A stretch of DNA of 64,000 nucleotides from Vitrella brassicaformis CCMP3155 (Eukaryota > Protista > Chromerida): positions 1 to 64,000 of the forward strand of contig CDMY01000908.1 in NCBI GenBank assembly GCA_001179505.1. Reading direction: 5' to 3'. The notes under the pieces were generated by a model, which was not told the DNA's origin, ran no database searches, and was given only the letters and a program-made list of their open reading frames with translations. The position numbers and the translations under genes were made by a program. Each line of letters starts with the position of its first letter. Position 1 is the stretch's first letter. Below, piece after piece: positions 12,600-24,862 of the stretch.

Positions 12600-12960
12600 A
12601 GAGACATCAGTCAATCGCACAGTAGCCAGCCTTGTCGACTCTGCATGCAAAGACCGTACTGTGCGAGCACATCCCCGCATCCATGACCTCTTCTTCCTCA
12701 TCACTGACTGGATGTGGCTGACAGTGTCTCTGACGCTTGTAAACCCACCTGTGTCAGCCGAGTCCGAGATGTCCGTCATTCGTGTGTCACGCAGCTTCTG
12801 GCAGTCGGCATCCGTCGTGGAAAGCCATCTGCAAGAAAGATACTAGGAGAGATAGAGTATGACCGTCATTTGAATTCAGCAAGATGAGGTCCTACCGATG
12901 AGCCCCGCGCAGATCAGAATCGCCAGACCAGCAGAGACCACACACAGCTCGTCGCGACGG
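12600..12960 (-). pseudogene. Degenerate tandem duplicate of the 5' exons of the subtilase gene
   Basis: 12600-12905 is homologous to about 12130-12490, sharing tgaattcagcaagatgaggtcctaccgatgagcccc, gccttgtcgactctg and tgtctctgacgcttg. The upstream copy carries a frameshift and a deletion relative to the open copy. Confidence 0.7.
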
Positions 12961-13036
12961 GCCCCAAAACGCAGTGGGAGGTTTGCCAGGCTCTCCCTCC
13001 CTCTCCTTCCTGCATTCCTTTCCGAAAGAGGAGAAG

Positions 13037-15492
13037 ATGCAGCCTTCGATTTGTCCTCCATGTCCTCTATCGCCATACCGTGGAACTGCGACACTCCCAC
13101 CATCGGCTGGCGATGCCATCGAGCCATCTGGAGAAGAGGGCGACGGCATCAGATTCCCACAGCAGCAAACAATGGATGCTTTGGGCGACCAGCAAGAGAA
13201 TGACAACGATTCGGAGCAAGATAAGGGGGCAGCTGGTGAGTGCGTCCAGACGGCAGCAGAGCCGGGCCATGAGCGCATTCCGCCCTATCGGTCCATGCTC
13301 TCCACTTCCACGGCACACACGACAACGGCGATTGCCATTGACGACTACAGCAAGGGAGGCGACCGGTCAATAGGCGCCCCTGACGTCATCCATCGTCGGG
13401 AGGAGAAGGCGATTGCTGCCTCGGTGGCTGAGTACGTGAGGGGGCACATCACAAAGAACAACACTGGCTGTGCATGTGATCGTCTCACTGCAGGTTCAGA
13501 GGGGTTGCCGGATACCCGGCAAGCTTCGAAGAATGGCCGACGACTGTCAAGTATAAGACCGTTCGAGGGCTCGATGGTGGCACGAGAGAGGTGGTCATGG
13601 GGGCGCACTTCGATCCCGGCCCATTATGGTTTACCGTCAAGCGGGTCCTCAAAGTGATCATGTGGCAGGTGTGCGTGGCGTTTGCTTGCGCCTTGCTTGG
13701 CGCTTCCTTGGCTGCTGTGACCTGGATGATATGCATCAGCCCTAAGATGAAGATCGTGTGGATTCTGCTTGATGTCCTGCGTCGGGTGGCGATGATTTGC
13801 TTTGCCGGTCTTTTCTATGCGACGGTGATGGGGGGCTCGGATGCCAATCAACGTTTGAATCTCGTCTGGAGAACTTGGTGGGTCTTTGCTTTTCCGATGG
13901 TCTTGTCTCTTCTTATCAGCATTTCACACCATCTACAGCTGCCGATCTTGTGGAGAAGTTGCATCCTGGCTCCCACTTGGTGGGCCACTATGGCTGCATT
14001 TTTGCCTTTCACCTACTTCCGCATGTCGGCAAAATTCTGGAACATTCAAAAGGCCAATCTGTATGCAGCCAAAGTCACCCTCATTTGGGCCATTCCCTGT
14101 AAGAAGTCAGTCAAGAAGTCAGTCAGTTCATCCACTCTTTCGGCGAATGCACACTGACGCTGTGTGTGTGCGCGCGTGATGGTCTGTATGTGTGTGTAGG
14201 TGTTATGGGAATGCTTTTTGTGAGTTTTATGGAGTCCATCATACAAGCGGCTAATACAGATCAGGCCAGGACGCAGTATGTTGTCATCGAATTTATTGTA
14301 ATCGGTTGGCCTTTTGTAAGCTTGGCGTGTAAGACAGCTCGATCGTTACAGGTAAATCATATGCCGGAACTTCCTCTCAATCATGTCTCTCATATTGTGA
14401 CCAGGAGGGTCCGCCGACGACCAATGGATGCCTGGTGACTTATGTAGCTTTGAACTACGCCATCGGCCCCCGTACTTTGCAGAGTAAGTGAAAGAGAACC
14501 TTTCCTTGTCATGAAGAGCTGTTGTGACTTTCTGCAGTCCAAATGGTGTCGTTCAACTACAAGATGCTTATCAGTCTCATTTTCTCTCTCATGGATCTCG
14601 TGAGCGACGTTTGTCTGCCTTATTCGGTGGTATTGTATATTACAATTAAGCGCAAATGTGCCGGACCAAAGCCAGAAGACGGCAGTCATGAGGGCTGGAG
14701 AAATCTGCATCAAGAGGAGAAGACGACAGGCAAGGTCAACTATTCGTTCCGAGATCGAATGCAAGCTTCTACCGACTCAGTCATGCGATCAGCGTCCACT
14801 TTCAACCTCCCCTCAGCCATGTCGAGGCTTGCGGCGTCACCCCGATATCTCAGGTGTAAAGCTCAGGATTCGTGAGGCTTGAGGTCAGACGCTGACTAAT
14901 ATCTGCGTCTCTGTGTGGGAATCAATCAATCAGGCTGCTTTCGGATCAAGTGTTCAATTACCGTAAGCAAAATAGTCAAACCCGGCGGATCGAGCACCGA
15001 ATAGATGTCAGACTGCTGTGCCTTTCCTGATGTTTGGGGGTCTGTAGATATGGCGGAGATCACAGCGCTACTGTATCCCAACCTTGCCGCCCTTATGGCC
15101 GCATTCATCACTACCAAGTCCTACATCGGCCTCGTTCAAGGCGTGGCGGCGCTGTGCGTTCTCTTGCTCATCGAGACTTTCATGGAGCTTATTCTTTACG
15201 TGGTCGGCTTTTCAACACCTCAGTTTGGAAAAATCTGGGAGTACGTGTGTGTATGGGTGTGTGTATGCAGATATTGCTGAGAACGAACAATCTTTCCTTG
15301 TGTCGAGCAACGTTTGAGCCGGGGGTCATGAAAGTGAGAATTCACGCCCTGCTGTGGATTTGTCTCGTCGTTTTCTCGTACCTTTCGGCGGACTTCCTTG
15401 GATACATCGGCACAGGAATGAGATACCAGAAGTGGGCCGGCGAGCGCTGGTCGGTACACTGCAAAGAGACCTGCATTTGCAGTGCAAAGTGA
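13037..15492 (+). CDS. Orphan polytopic membrane protein (about 11 hydrophobic segments), multi-exon
   Basis: The phase-2 intron 13432-13493 joins ORF 12974 to ORF 13591. Later GT-AG exons keep frame through hydrophobic segments such as VCVAFACALLGASLAAVTW, YVVIEFIVIGWPFVSLAC, LISLIFSLMDLVSDV, VAALCVLLLIETFMELILYVVGF and IHALLWICLVVFSYL, ending TGA at 15492. The start codon is uncertain (13037 or 13164). Confidence 0.7.
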
Positions 15493-15979
15493 CCATCGGT
15501 CCTGTCTCTTTTTTCGGATGCCTTTAGGAAGGACCACTGCCCACACTTCTCACTAGTGTGGACGGACTGAAGACAATTGACCGTGGCAGTCCGGCCTTTT
15601 TCTGCTGGTATGTATGTGCCCCTACCTCTCGTTCGCCTTATCGAGGGAGGGCATTCATGCAGATCAGATGGCACAGGAGGGCCTGAAAAGCAGCATGGAA
15701 CGGGCTTATTCAGCGTTGCGTAGAGACATGCACTCAGTGTGCGTTTGTTCGTCAGGAGTCTTGCTGGTTTGAGACACACACGTATATACACACTGTGTGG
15801 CGGTTTCAATGTGATGACTGACTGGCCAACTAAGTGGGCCACACATCAGTCAGAAAGGGATCGACACGTATGTTTCAGACAACGACAATAGCGATATCGA
15901 TCAATCAATTGTCTTTCTCACTCCATGATTGCTGTCTGTCTCTGCCCTCTGCCGCGACACCGGCTGGCTCAACGGTTTC

Positions 15980-17162
15980 TCATGCCGTGCTCGCCACCAT
16001 CAGGAAGACGCAGAATACCAAAAAGGTGGGGAACGTTATCACGGGAATGTGGTGGTACTCGCCGTGCGTTGACACCAAGACCAGCTCCAGGTCACAAATG
16101 TCTTCTGCGATGGACAAGCCCACACCAAGAAGTACTGCCAGGAAGAGAGGCAGCGGGACCACCACCTGATACGATGCATGAGACAGAGCGAGACGGAGGT
16201 AGACATCCATACAAGGCTCTTCTCGCCTCCCAATTCCCCTCACCCACTCACGTCGGGCAGGCAGGGAAGAGCCACACCAGATGTGTGCTCCTTGCTTGCG
16301 AAGGCCATCATCCGCGCGATGTACAAGAAGGCGATCCACGGCAGCATCACGCCGTGTGTCAGGTAGCAGGGAATCACTGCGTGGCCTGATGTAAGGAGGA
16401 AGGCACGAGAAGGCAAGGGACGCTCGCGCATGTGCCTCGTCTGTAACTCAGTGCATTCTCAGCTACCCGTCAGAGATCGGCAATTGACCGTCAGCGCAGC
16501 TCCAGCCACTGCGGTCAGCACGCAAACCAGCGCGAGTACCAGCAGCAGAAACGGAGAGAAGCCTGCAGACACATCCAGACAAGCAGACCAGCACATCGTA
16601 AGACTCACCATCACACAACACACACAAGACATTGGAAGCACGAGGCTCACCATATTGGCCGACCGGCTGGATTGGGAAGACGGCGCAGAGTATGCCACAG
16701 GCGATGCCCTCAGCTAATGCCCCCTTGGGAAGACGTCGCCACAAGGACGATGGAACGAAGGGCCCGCTGTGTTTCAGAAGGCAATGCCAGTCATCAGGTG
16801 GTTGCTTCCCTTCTCTCCTCTCCTCTCCTCTCGACTGCCTACTCGATCTGCACATGGTTGATAGACGCGCACACCGCCCAGCAGATCAGCGCCCTGCAAA
16901 GGAGGCCATCGAAGCCGTCATTGCTTGCCACGCGCGGACATCGCTCACACACACATACAGGTAGGGGTGCGACGTGCAGACGCTTTGCAAGGTGTGCGAA
17001 GCCGTGAAGGGCAGCGCAATCAGCACCGCAAGCACGGGCTGCAGCAGCAAGATGCAGCTGCGAACACACAGCACAGATCAGAACCCAAACTCGAGTCAAA
17101 CTCGGTGCCAAGATTTCTCACCTGTAAACCATCGGATGGAGCTCGCGATTGGTGGCCTTCAT
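15980..17162 (-). CDS. Orphan small polytopic membrane protein (about 5-6 hydrophobic segments)
   Basis: Seven exons join in frame with GT-AG boundaries: MKATNRELHPMVYS|CILLLQPVLAVLIALPF..PYL|NDGFDGLLCRALICWAVC..|GPFV..GQYG|FSPFLLLVLALVCVLTAVAGAALT|TRHM..PCLPD|VVVPLPLFLAVLLGVG..VASTA*. No family recognised. Confidence 0.65.
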
Positions 17163-17286
17163 GCCGTCGACCTCCCGCCACAAACACCTTCAAGCTTCGA
17201 GCAAAAGGCCGCAGGAATGTCGACAAAGCGATCTTCATTTGCGAGCTTAAAAAGCGATTGAGAATTCAGCTTCAGACTGATAGCTG

Positions 17287-19003
17287 ATGAGGATGCTGCA
17301 CGAAACTCCATCCGCATTGGCTCCCGTGCTGCTGGGAGTCAGCTGCCTCTGCCTCGCGGAGGCATTCAGACTCGGCACTCATGCAAGGCCTTTCCGCTCA
17401 TCCGCACCCTCTCACCCTCCATCCCTCTCTCCCTGCCTCTCGCACCCTTCATCTTTCATCACCAGCCATGCTGCAACCGGCACGCAGATAGCGCCCACCG
17501 ACGCAGAGCGGACGGCACACGAACCGGCAGACACAGACGCGGCGCTAGATCCGCTCGGGGTGGACGAGCAGCAGCGGCTGAAGAGTGATGCAGAGAAGTA
17601 TCTGCTCAACAACTATGGCGCCAGGAACCTGCTGCTGACCGAGGGGCGCGGGGCGACTGTCTATGATGCGTCTGGGAAGGCGTACATCGACTTCGGTGCC
17701 GGGATTGCCGTCAACGCTTTGGGACACTCAGATCTGGGGTGGTATTCGGCTCTCATGGACCAGGCCTCCAAGCTCAGCCACACGAGCAACCTCTACCTCA
17801 CTCAGCCGCAGATCGACCTTGCCAAGAAGCTGGTGCAGCTGGCCCCCTTCGCCAGCAAAGTCTTCTTCTGCAACAGCGGCACCGAGGCCAATGAGGCGGC
17901 CATCAAGTTCGCCCGCAAACTGGCTCTCAGCAAGGCCAGGAAAGGCCTGCTCGGCAAGGCGAAAAAGGTCAACTTCGTGGCTTTCGAGAAGTCTTTCCAC
18001 GGCCGCACAATGGGCGCCCTCACCGTCACATCAAAGAAGAAGATCCGTGACCCCTTTGCGCCTCTGATGGGTGGAGATGTGACGTTCTGTCCGTGGAATG
18101 ACCTGAAGGAGGCCAAGCGGGCGATTGATGGCGACACGTGTGCGGTGTTTGTGGAGCCTGTACAGGGCGAGGGCGGGGTGAACCCGGCCGATGTTGGGTT
18201 CCTGAAGGGCCTTCGGGAACTCTGTGATAAGAGCGGGGCGGTGCTTGTGTTCGACGAGGTGCAGTGTGGCCTTGGCCGCACGGGAAAGCTGTGGGGGCAC
18301 CAACACGCCGGTCAGTGTGAGATCCATCTACACGCAGACACGCAGCAGACATCCATCTGCTCCATTCCTTCATTCAGGTGTGTCCCCCGACATCATGACT
18401 CTCGCCAAGCCATTGGCTGGCGGCTTGCCGATCGGTGCTGTCCTCATGACGGAGGAGGTGGCGAGTGCCATCGAGCCGGGGGACCACGGCTCCACCTTCG
18501 CCGGCAACCCCCTCGTGTGTGCGGTGGCCAACTATGTGGTGAACGCTGTCAGCAGCCCCGAGTTTCTGAGCGGAATTGAGAGCAAGGGACGGCACTTGAG
18601 AGAGAGGCTGGCGGCCGTCGAGGGGGGGCGCATCAAGGACACCAGAGGAGAGGGGCTGCTGGTAAGGGAGTCAGAGTGGGGTGTGGGGTGCGTCGTGAAG
18701 CCGGGCGGAGGCTTCGTTTGTGTGGCTCGCTTGGATGCAGATTGGCGTCGTATTTGATTCTGCCGATGAAGTCAACAAAATCAAGCAGACGTAAGTGCAC
18801 ACAAGCTGGACACATGAGCCGACATTCCCGCCCGTGTGTGTTGGTGTGTGTGGTGTGTCGACAGGTGTGAGGATCGTGGTCTGCTGGTGCTGACGGCCGG
18901 CGAGGGTCAGGTGGTCCGATTGGCGCCGCCCCTCAACATTCCCATGGAGCAGCTCGACCGAGGCATCGACATACTCGAACACGCCATCAAGGAGCTCGGA
19001 TGA
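17287..19003 (+). CDS. argD: Acetylornithine aminotransferase (class III PLP enzyme) with bipartite signal + transit leader
   Basis: [107 protein letters not shown] (PLP Lys), [15 protein letters not shown] and VVRLAPPL. The N-terminal [13 protein letters not shown] is followed by a Ser/Pro-rich stretch. Confidence 0.95.
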
Positions 19004-20119
19004 TATGCTTGCCGGTGGTGATCCATGTGTGTGTGTGTGTGTGTGGTTTCGCGTGTTCATTCGTTTTGCCTGCTGCTGTTCCGAAAGAACAGCGGCTGCT
19101 CTTTTTGCTGCGTGTCGGGTGTGAGGTGTGCGCGTGTGTGTTTTGGGACCGGACGGCCTTCAAAGGGCGGCGTAGCAGCCGCGTGCGTGCGTAGATGTAC
19201 TTGTGTAGGTGTGGCCAGAGGTGTGTTCATATGTCTGTCTGTCTGTACGTCTGGAGAGGGTTTTGAATGGCTGTCTGTCTGTCCATCTGGCTTTTGCAGC
19301 GAGCGATGACAGACAGACAATGCAGTAGTGCAGTGACAAACAAGGATGTGACACGCGGACACTTGAGGGCATGATTCATGTCATGGATCCTTCCGTGGCA
19401 CTACCCATTTAAGTGTGTGATCTCTCCTGCACCCATGCCATGCCTCCACTTTCCCTTCCTGTTTGCATCACAATGTCACGCACACACGCCAATGTCACGC
19501 ACACACGCATTGCCACTATAGTCTGTAGTAGGCAAAACATGTACGCGTCTGCACTGCACTGCACAGCCCACGTCTCTCTCCCCATGCATACCAACACAAA
19601 CCACCCCATACACACGATACGATACGGTAGTACCACAGCCATTCACACATGTCACTGACCGACCGACAGACAAAACGTGTAGGTAGGGTAGGAGGACGAG
19701 GGACATGAAAGCATCATGAGAGAGAATCAATGAATGTGCAACTCTCTCTAACTGCCTGCCTGCCTGCCTGCCAAAGACAGACAGAAGAAATGCAGAGAGC
19801 CAGCAGTACTGGTACGTACTTCCTTCTATGCGTCATGTGTCTGCCCACTTCACACAGCAGGTCGACGCATGCGCAGATGCAAAGTCCATGTCGCAAGACC
19901 AGCAGAGGGAGACACAGGGCGGCGACACAGAGACGCGTCCATCCATCCATCCATCCATCCATGCGTCCATCACCGGCCTGTGTCCCCTCCTGTAAGTAAA
20001 AAGGGTCGTGCTAACGGACATACACACACCACACCGACACGTCACAGCAGTCTGTTCAAGAAAAAGCTCAGACAGGCAGGTAGGCACGCAGGCAGACAGG
20101 CGAAGCGTCATCTCATCAG

Positions 20120-22027
20120 TCAGTGCTTCCTGGCGTCCTCGGGCATTTTGTCGGCCGTGGGGATGGTGACGCAGTCGATGACGAACCGGTACTTGACATC
20201 GCTCTTGGTCATGCGCTCAAAAGCCGTGTTGACCTGAGAAAGAAACCATCACATACAACACATCCGGCCATGCGGACGGACACGATGGATAGATAGATGG
20301 ATGTGACGGGTGGCCAGAGTTTGTGGCATGGCAGCTCACGTAGTCCATGGGGATCTTTTCGATGGTGCATGCGATATTTTTGTCGCCACAGAAGTCCAGC
20401 ATCTCCTGGGTCTCCTTGATGCCGCCGATCAGAGACCCGGCAATCTTCTTGCGGCGGGGGATCAAGCTGAACGCATGGATCTGCAGACGATAACCATCAG
20501 TACAGCGCATCTATGAGAGAGACTCTCTCTCTCTCTCTCTCTTGTGTGTGCATATGGGTGACCTCGAGTGGTTCTGGTGCGATGCCGACGACGACGAGCG
20601 TTCCGTCGATCTTGAGGAGGCCGAAGTATGGCGCCATGTCCTTCTTGACGCTCGCCGTGTCCACAATGAAATCCAACGACTCGGATGCAGCCTGCAGACA
20701 GGCGCACACAACCGTGTTTCATGAAGCGTGCTTTTGGGTGGGTGGATGGGTGGGTGCTATGTATGACCTTCATGGCTTCAGGGTCTTTGGAGCAGAGGAA
20801 CTTGTGGGCGCCGAGCACCTCGATCGCCTCCTTCTCCTTGGAGGCGCTGGACGAAATCACTGTCACCTCACAGCCAAACGCAACGCCTGCGTACAGCACA
20901 TACCCACACACACAGAGGAAGACAGCGGTGGTCACACATCCAATGCAGCCACGCGCGCATTATGACAGACAGACATGCATCCACATACCGAATTTGACCG
21001 CCATGTGCCCGAGGCCACCTAAGCCGACCACACCAACTTTGGTGCCGGGTTTATCCATGCCGTAGAACCGCATTGGTGACCAGGTGGTGATGCCGGCACA
21101 CAGCAGCGGGGCCGCGGCGTCCAGCGGCAGGTTGGACGGCATCCTCAATACAAAATGGTCCTTGACCACCTGCACGTCATACACGAGGCAGACGTGTGCA
21201 GACAGACAGACAAACACTTTTCGCTCCGCTTGCTTACGATGTCCAGTGAGTACCCGCCGTAGGTCGGCTGCACACAGGCACAAAGACACAAGAGAGAGAA
21301 GGCACCTTGTGGTGCTACCATCGGTCCGCATAAGAAGGTCGCCTTACAGTTCCGTCAAAGTTCTTTGCGTTGTAGGTTCCAATCATCATGCCCGGGATGC
21401 AGTACTGCTCCTCGCTCTCCAAACACCGATCGCACTTGAGGCACGAGTCGACCATGCAGCCGACACCCGCACTGTCGCCCACCTTCACCTTGGTCACCTG
21501 CTCGCCCACACATACAGACAGCCACCGCACACATGGGCGTGTGCGCCTTCTGCTTGTGTGGGGACACTGTCCACCCACCCACACACACACACACACGTAC
21601 CTCTGATCCGACAGCAGAGACGATGCCGACCACCTCGTGGCCAGGGACCATGGGGTAGCTGCTATTATGCCATTCGTTCTTGATCTGGTGAAGGTCGCTG
21701 TGGCACATGCCGCAGTACGTGACCTTGATGTGCACATCCTGAACCGACACAGCGGGCCAGGCAGCCACGCACATTGAAGGTCCTGCGGGAGAAGGGCCTG
21801 CCTCACTGCGTGTGCGTGTGGTCAGCTTACGTGCGGGCCCACGTCACGATGCTCGAAGACGAAGGGCGACATATGACCTAAGACGTGCAATAGCAACAGG
21901 CAAACAGACCGACAGGGCAGAATGAATGCAGTCATGCCGTCTGTCTACATGATCGCATTGTGCTGCGCTTGTCTTGTCAGTCACCCGATTCATCGCGGGC
22001 AGCGTAGCCTGAGGTCAGAATGGGCAT
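20120..22027 (-). CDS. Zn-dependent NADP alcohol dehydrogenase (cinnamyl-ADH / YahK-like MDR family)
   Basis: [56 protein letters not shown] (structural Zn), [46 protein letters not shown] and YRFVID. Stop at 20120-20122. Confidence 0.95.
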
Positions 22028-22166
22028 GCTGGCACTGACAGTCGTTGAGTATGAACTTCAGCAGTTCACTTTAACAGCAGCTGACAGCAGAAAGAGCACC
22101 ACGATTACACCGAGAGAAGAGGAAAGGCACCGAGAAGGCCTGCGCTGGGATGGAGCGGTTTCACGG

Positions 22167-22310
22167 AATGTGAGCTAAGCCCGCTGGGCAGCGGTTTCAG
22201 GGAGCACCCTAGGCGGCCTGAGCCAAGTCCCTTGTGGCCATCCAACCCGGACACGCAACACGCAGCACGCAGAGGGCAGACCCCCTCGAAATGCGAGCTA
22301 AGCCCGCTGG
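22167..22310. promoter_or_regulatory. Duplicated 21-bp motif in the divergent ADH / methyltransferase intergenic region
   Basis: aatgtgagctaagcccgctgg (22167-22187) and aatgcgagctaagcccgctgg (22290-22310), plus two agcggtttca copies. A regulatory role is inferred from position only. Confidence 0.4.
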
Positions 22311-22334
22311 CGCGAAGAGGATGATGATTCACTG

Positions 22335-24318
22335 ATGCGGGAGTGCAGCTTCGAAGAGTTCTACGAGATGTGCTGGTCAAATACCGACTCAATCCCTCTG
22401 CCGAAGCAAGAGCCATTTCGTCCTCTGTTCGTGTCGGTCAAGGGGCAGATCTGCCACAAGAGAACCGTCAGGTCTGCAGCACACGAACGCACGCACTCAC
22501 CCATCATGCAATCGATGCAGGGATGCATCTGTTGCTTCAGTCGCAGCCTGTGCTTCATAGACATTGCTGAACCAACATCCTCAGGCCGACCGCCTCCCTC
22601 TCCCTCTAGCCCCTCCCCTGCTGCGCAATCCGGCGCCTCCCACCCCCCTCTCATCGGCCTGGCATTCAACGCCCAGTACCTCCGCCCACAAGATGATGTT
22701 GATGGGAGCTCGGACCAGCATGAGGCGACCAGCTTCACAACCACCGTCACATCCAGTGTGCACGTGGCGGTGTACAAGGCCCTCAAGCTGGGGGATGTGA
22801 TTGCCGCATGGGGCTTCCCCGAGCAGAATCGGTCTCCTCGCAACTTCACGCTGCGCGTTCATGGCTACAGGGTGCTGCGGCAGTGGGGCGGGAGTGATGG
22901 CGACTTCCAGTGCCTCGTCAATCAGTACCTGAAGACCCACCATGAGATGTTCACTGCTGGTGCTGCGGCTGCGGCTGCTGAAGCTGCCAATGGGGGCGAT
23001 GTGTGTATAAATGGTGAAGGCGATGCCGCTGCTGTTGATATCTCCCGACTGTGCAAATTCTTCACCACCAGCGGTGTATGCTACAGGTCAGTCAGCAAGA
23101 TAAGATGGGGGAGAGAGGGAGGCTGGGCTGCACACACAGACAGCGACACTGTGTGTTGGTCTTTCTGCTGTTGCTGCCTGCAGGTCCAACTGTCAGGACC
23201 TGCATGTGGCTGACCCCCATGTGCGCGCCAAGTGGGAGAGCATGATGACCCACCGCCGCACAGAGGCCTCGCGGCTGGCAGACGACCCGCACCCCACCGA
23301 CGGCAAGCTGCCCGAGACCAAACGAGCCGCACTCTTCTGCGATTGGCTGGTGCGCAGATGCACGCGCACGTCTGGACTGTGCAGAAGCGTGTGTTAGTTC
23401 GTGTGTTGTGGCTACTGGTGCAGGTGTCGATATATGGCGTTGACTACCTGAGCAGCGGCAGTGGCGTCATCGACGTCGCGGGCGGGCGCGGGGAGGTGGC
23501 TTTCGAGCTGACCGTCATCCGGGGGATACCTGCCACCGTCATCGACCCGAGACCCATGAAGCTCAACAAGTATGTCAGTTTCCTGGGCAAGATGACAACG
23601 CTCCCCCTCGACAGCCTTGTGTGTTTGGTACTGTGTGTTTTGTGAGCAGGGCTCAGTTCCGGTGGCTGGCGTCGGAGCGGTCGATGACGAGGATGCAGAG
23701 TGTGGCGTTCCTTCATGGGAGCATACCGCAGATCCGCGACATTCTCGATGAGTCCTTCTTCGGCCGAGCGGACCCGTCTGAGACACCTTCACGGCTCTCC
23801 CTCTTTGAGAGATGCTCCGTCATTGTGGGCATGCACCCAGACGAGGTAGATCAGCAGCGCCCCTCCCCACCCACACACGACACATATCAACAAGACTTCT
23901 GTGTGGGCGTCCCTCCATTCGTTCCAGGCCACTGGCATCCTTGTTGATATGGCCGTTCGCTTTGGGAAGCCCTTTGCCGTCCTGCCGTGCTGCGTGTTCG
24001 GCCACCTGTTCCCTGAGCGGACGATCACGGTCACGGCTGGGGAGGGGGAGGGTGGGGCCGCACGTCAGAGCCAGGAGAGGCCCGTCAAGACCTATGACGA
24101 CCTGTGTGAGTGGATTCGGCAGCGAGACACGCAGGTGGGGGAGAGGTATGCACAGGTGCACACGCGGGTGGCCATTCTCTCATCGATCGCTGCTGAGTGT
24201 ATGTCTATGTGTGTGAGTGTATGTGTAGTTGCGCGTGGAGAGGGCGTTCATCAACACGCGGGGGAAGAATCAGATCCTTTACACAAGGAGAGGCGGGACA
24301 GAGCGGGCAGCAGAGTAG
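22335..24318 (+). CDS. OB-fold-like + CCCH zinc finger + class I SAM-dependent methyltransferase (putative RNA methyltransferase)
   Basis: OB-like strands VSVKGQICHKRTV|SRSLCFIDI and LKLGDVIAAWGFP..FTLRVHGYRVL. CCCH CKFFTTSGVCYRSNCQDLH spans an intron. SAM motif VIDVAGGRGEVAF, then VIDPR, VGMHPDEAT, FAVLPCCVF and GKNQILY. Stop at 24316-24318. Confidence 0.78.
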
Positions 24319-24862
24319 GGCTTGTTTTGGGCTATATGTGAGACGTGCCTCGACAAATTGACTCCAGTGCTTCTTGCACTCTCAGTGCCCTCAATGTTCG
24401 ATGCGCGCATTGCAAGAGTCTCTGCCAAATGGCCATGTCGACCTCAGGCACCCAGGCGATTACACGCCGAACCAGGCGATCTGTCTCACTTCACTGCCTA
24501 ATGTCTCGTTCGTTGGTTCATCAGCGGAGGCGGAGGCCTACTGAATAGCTTTCACAGATCTAGAGTCTGTAAGTATCAGATCCCCATATCCGGGCCACGT
24601 GGACTGTGCGCTCAACGGTCATCCTGGCCAATCCTGAAAGCACGCAGGATGCAATCACAAGCGCATCTTACGTCATGACAACGAGGAGGCTTTAACCAGG
24701 GCCAAATCTGCGAGCCGCAAGAGAAGATGCGTTCTTGACGTTCTTTCTCCCCCTTAATTCTCTCCTCTCTCCTCTCTCTGAGAACGCGCTGTTCTGTCTG
24801 CATCTGTCTTTCTACAGCTTTCTTCGCTTGCCGGGTGTGTTGACTGATTTGTCTGCCTTGCG

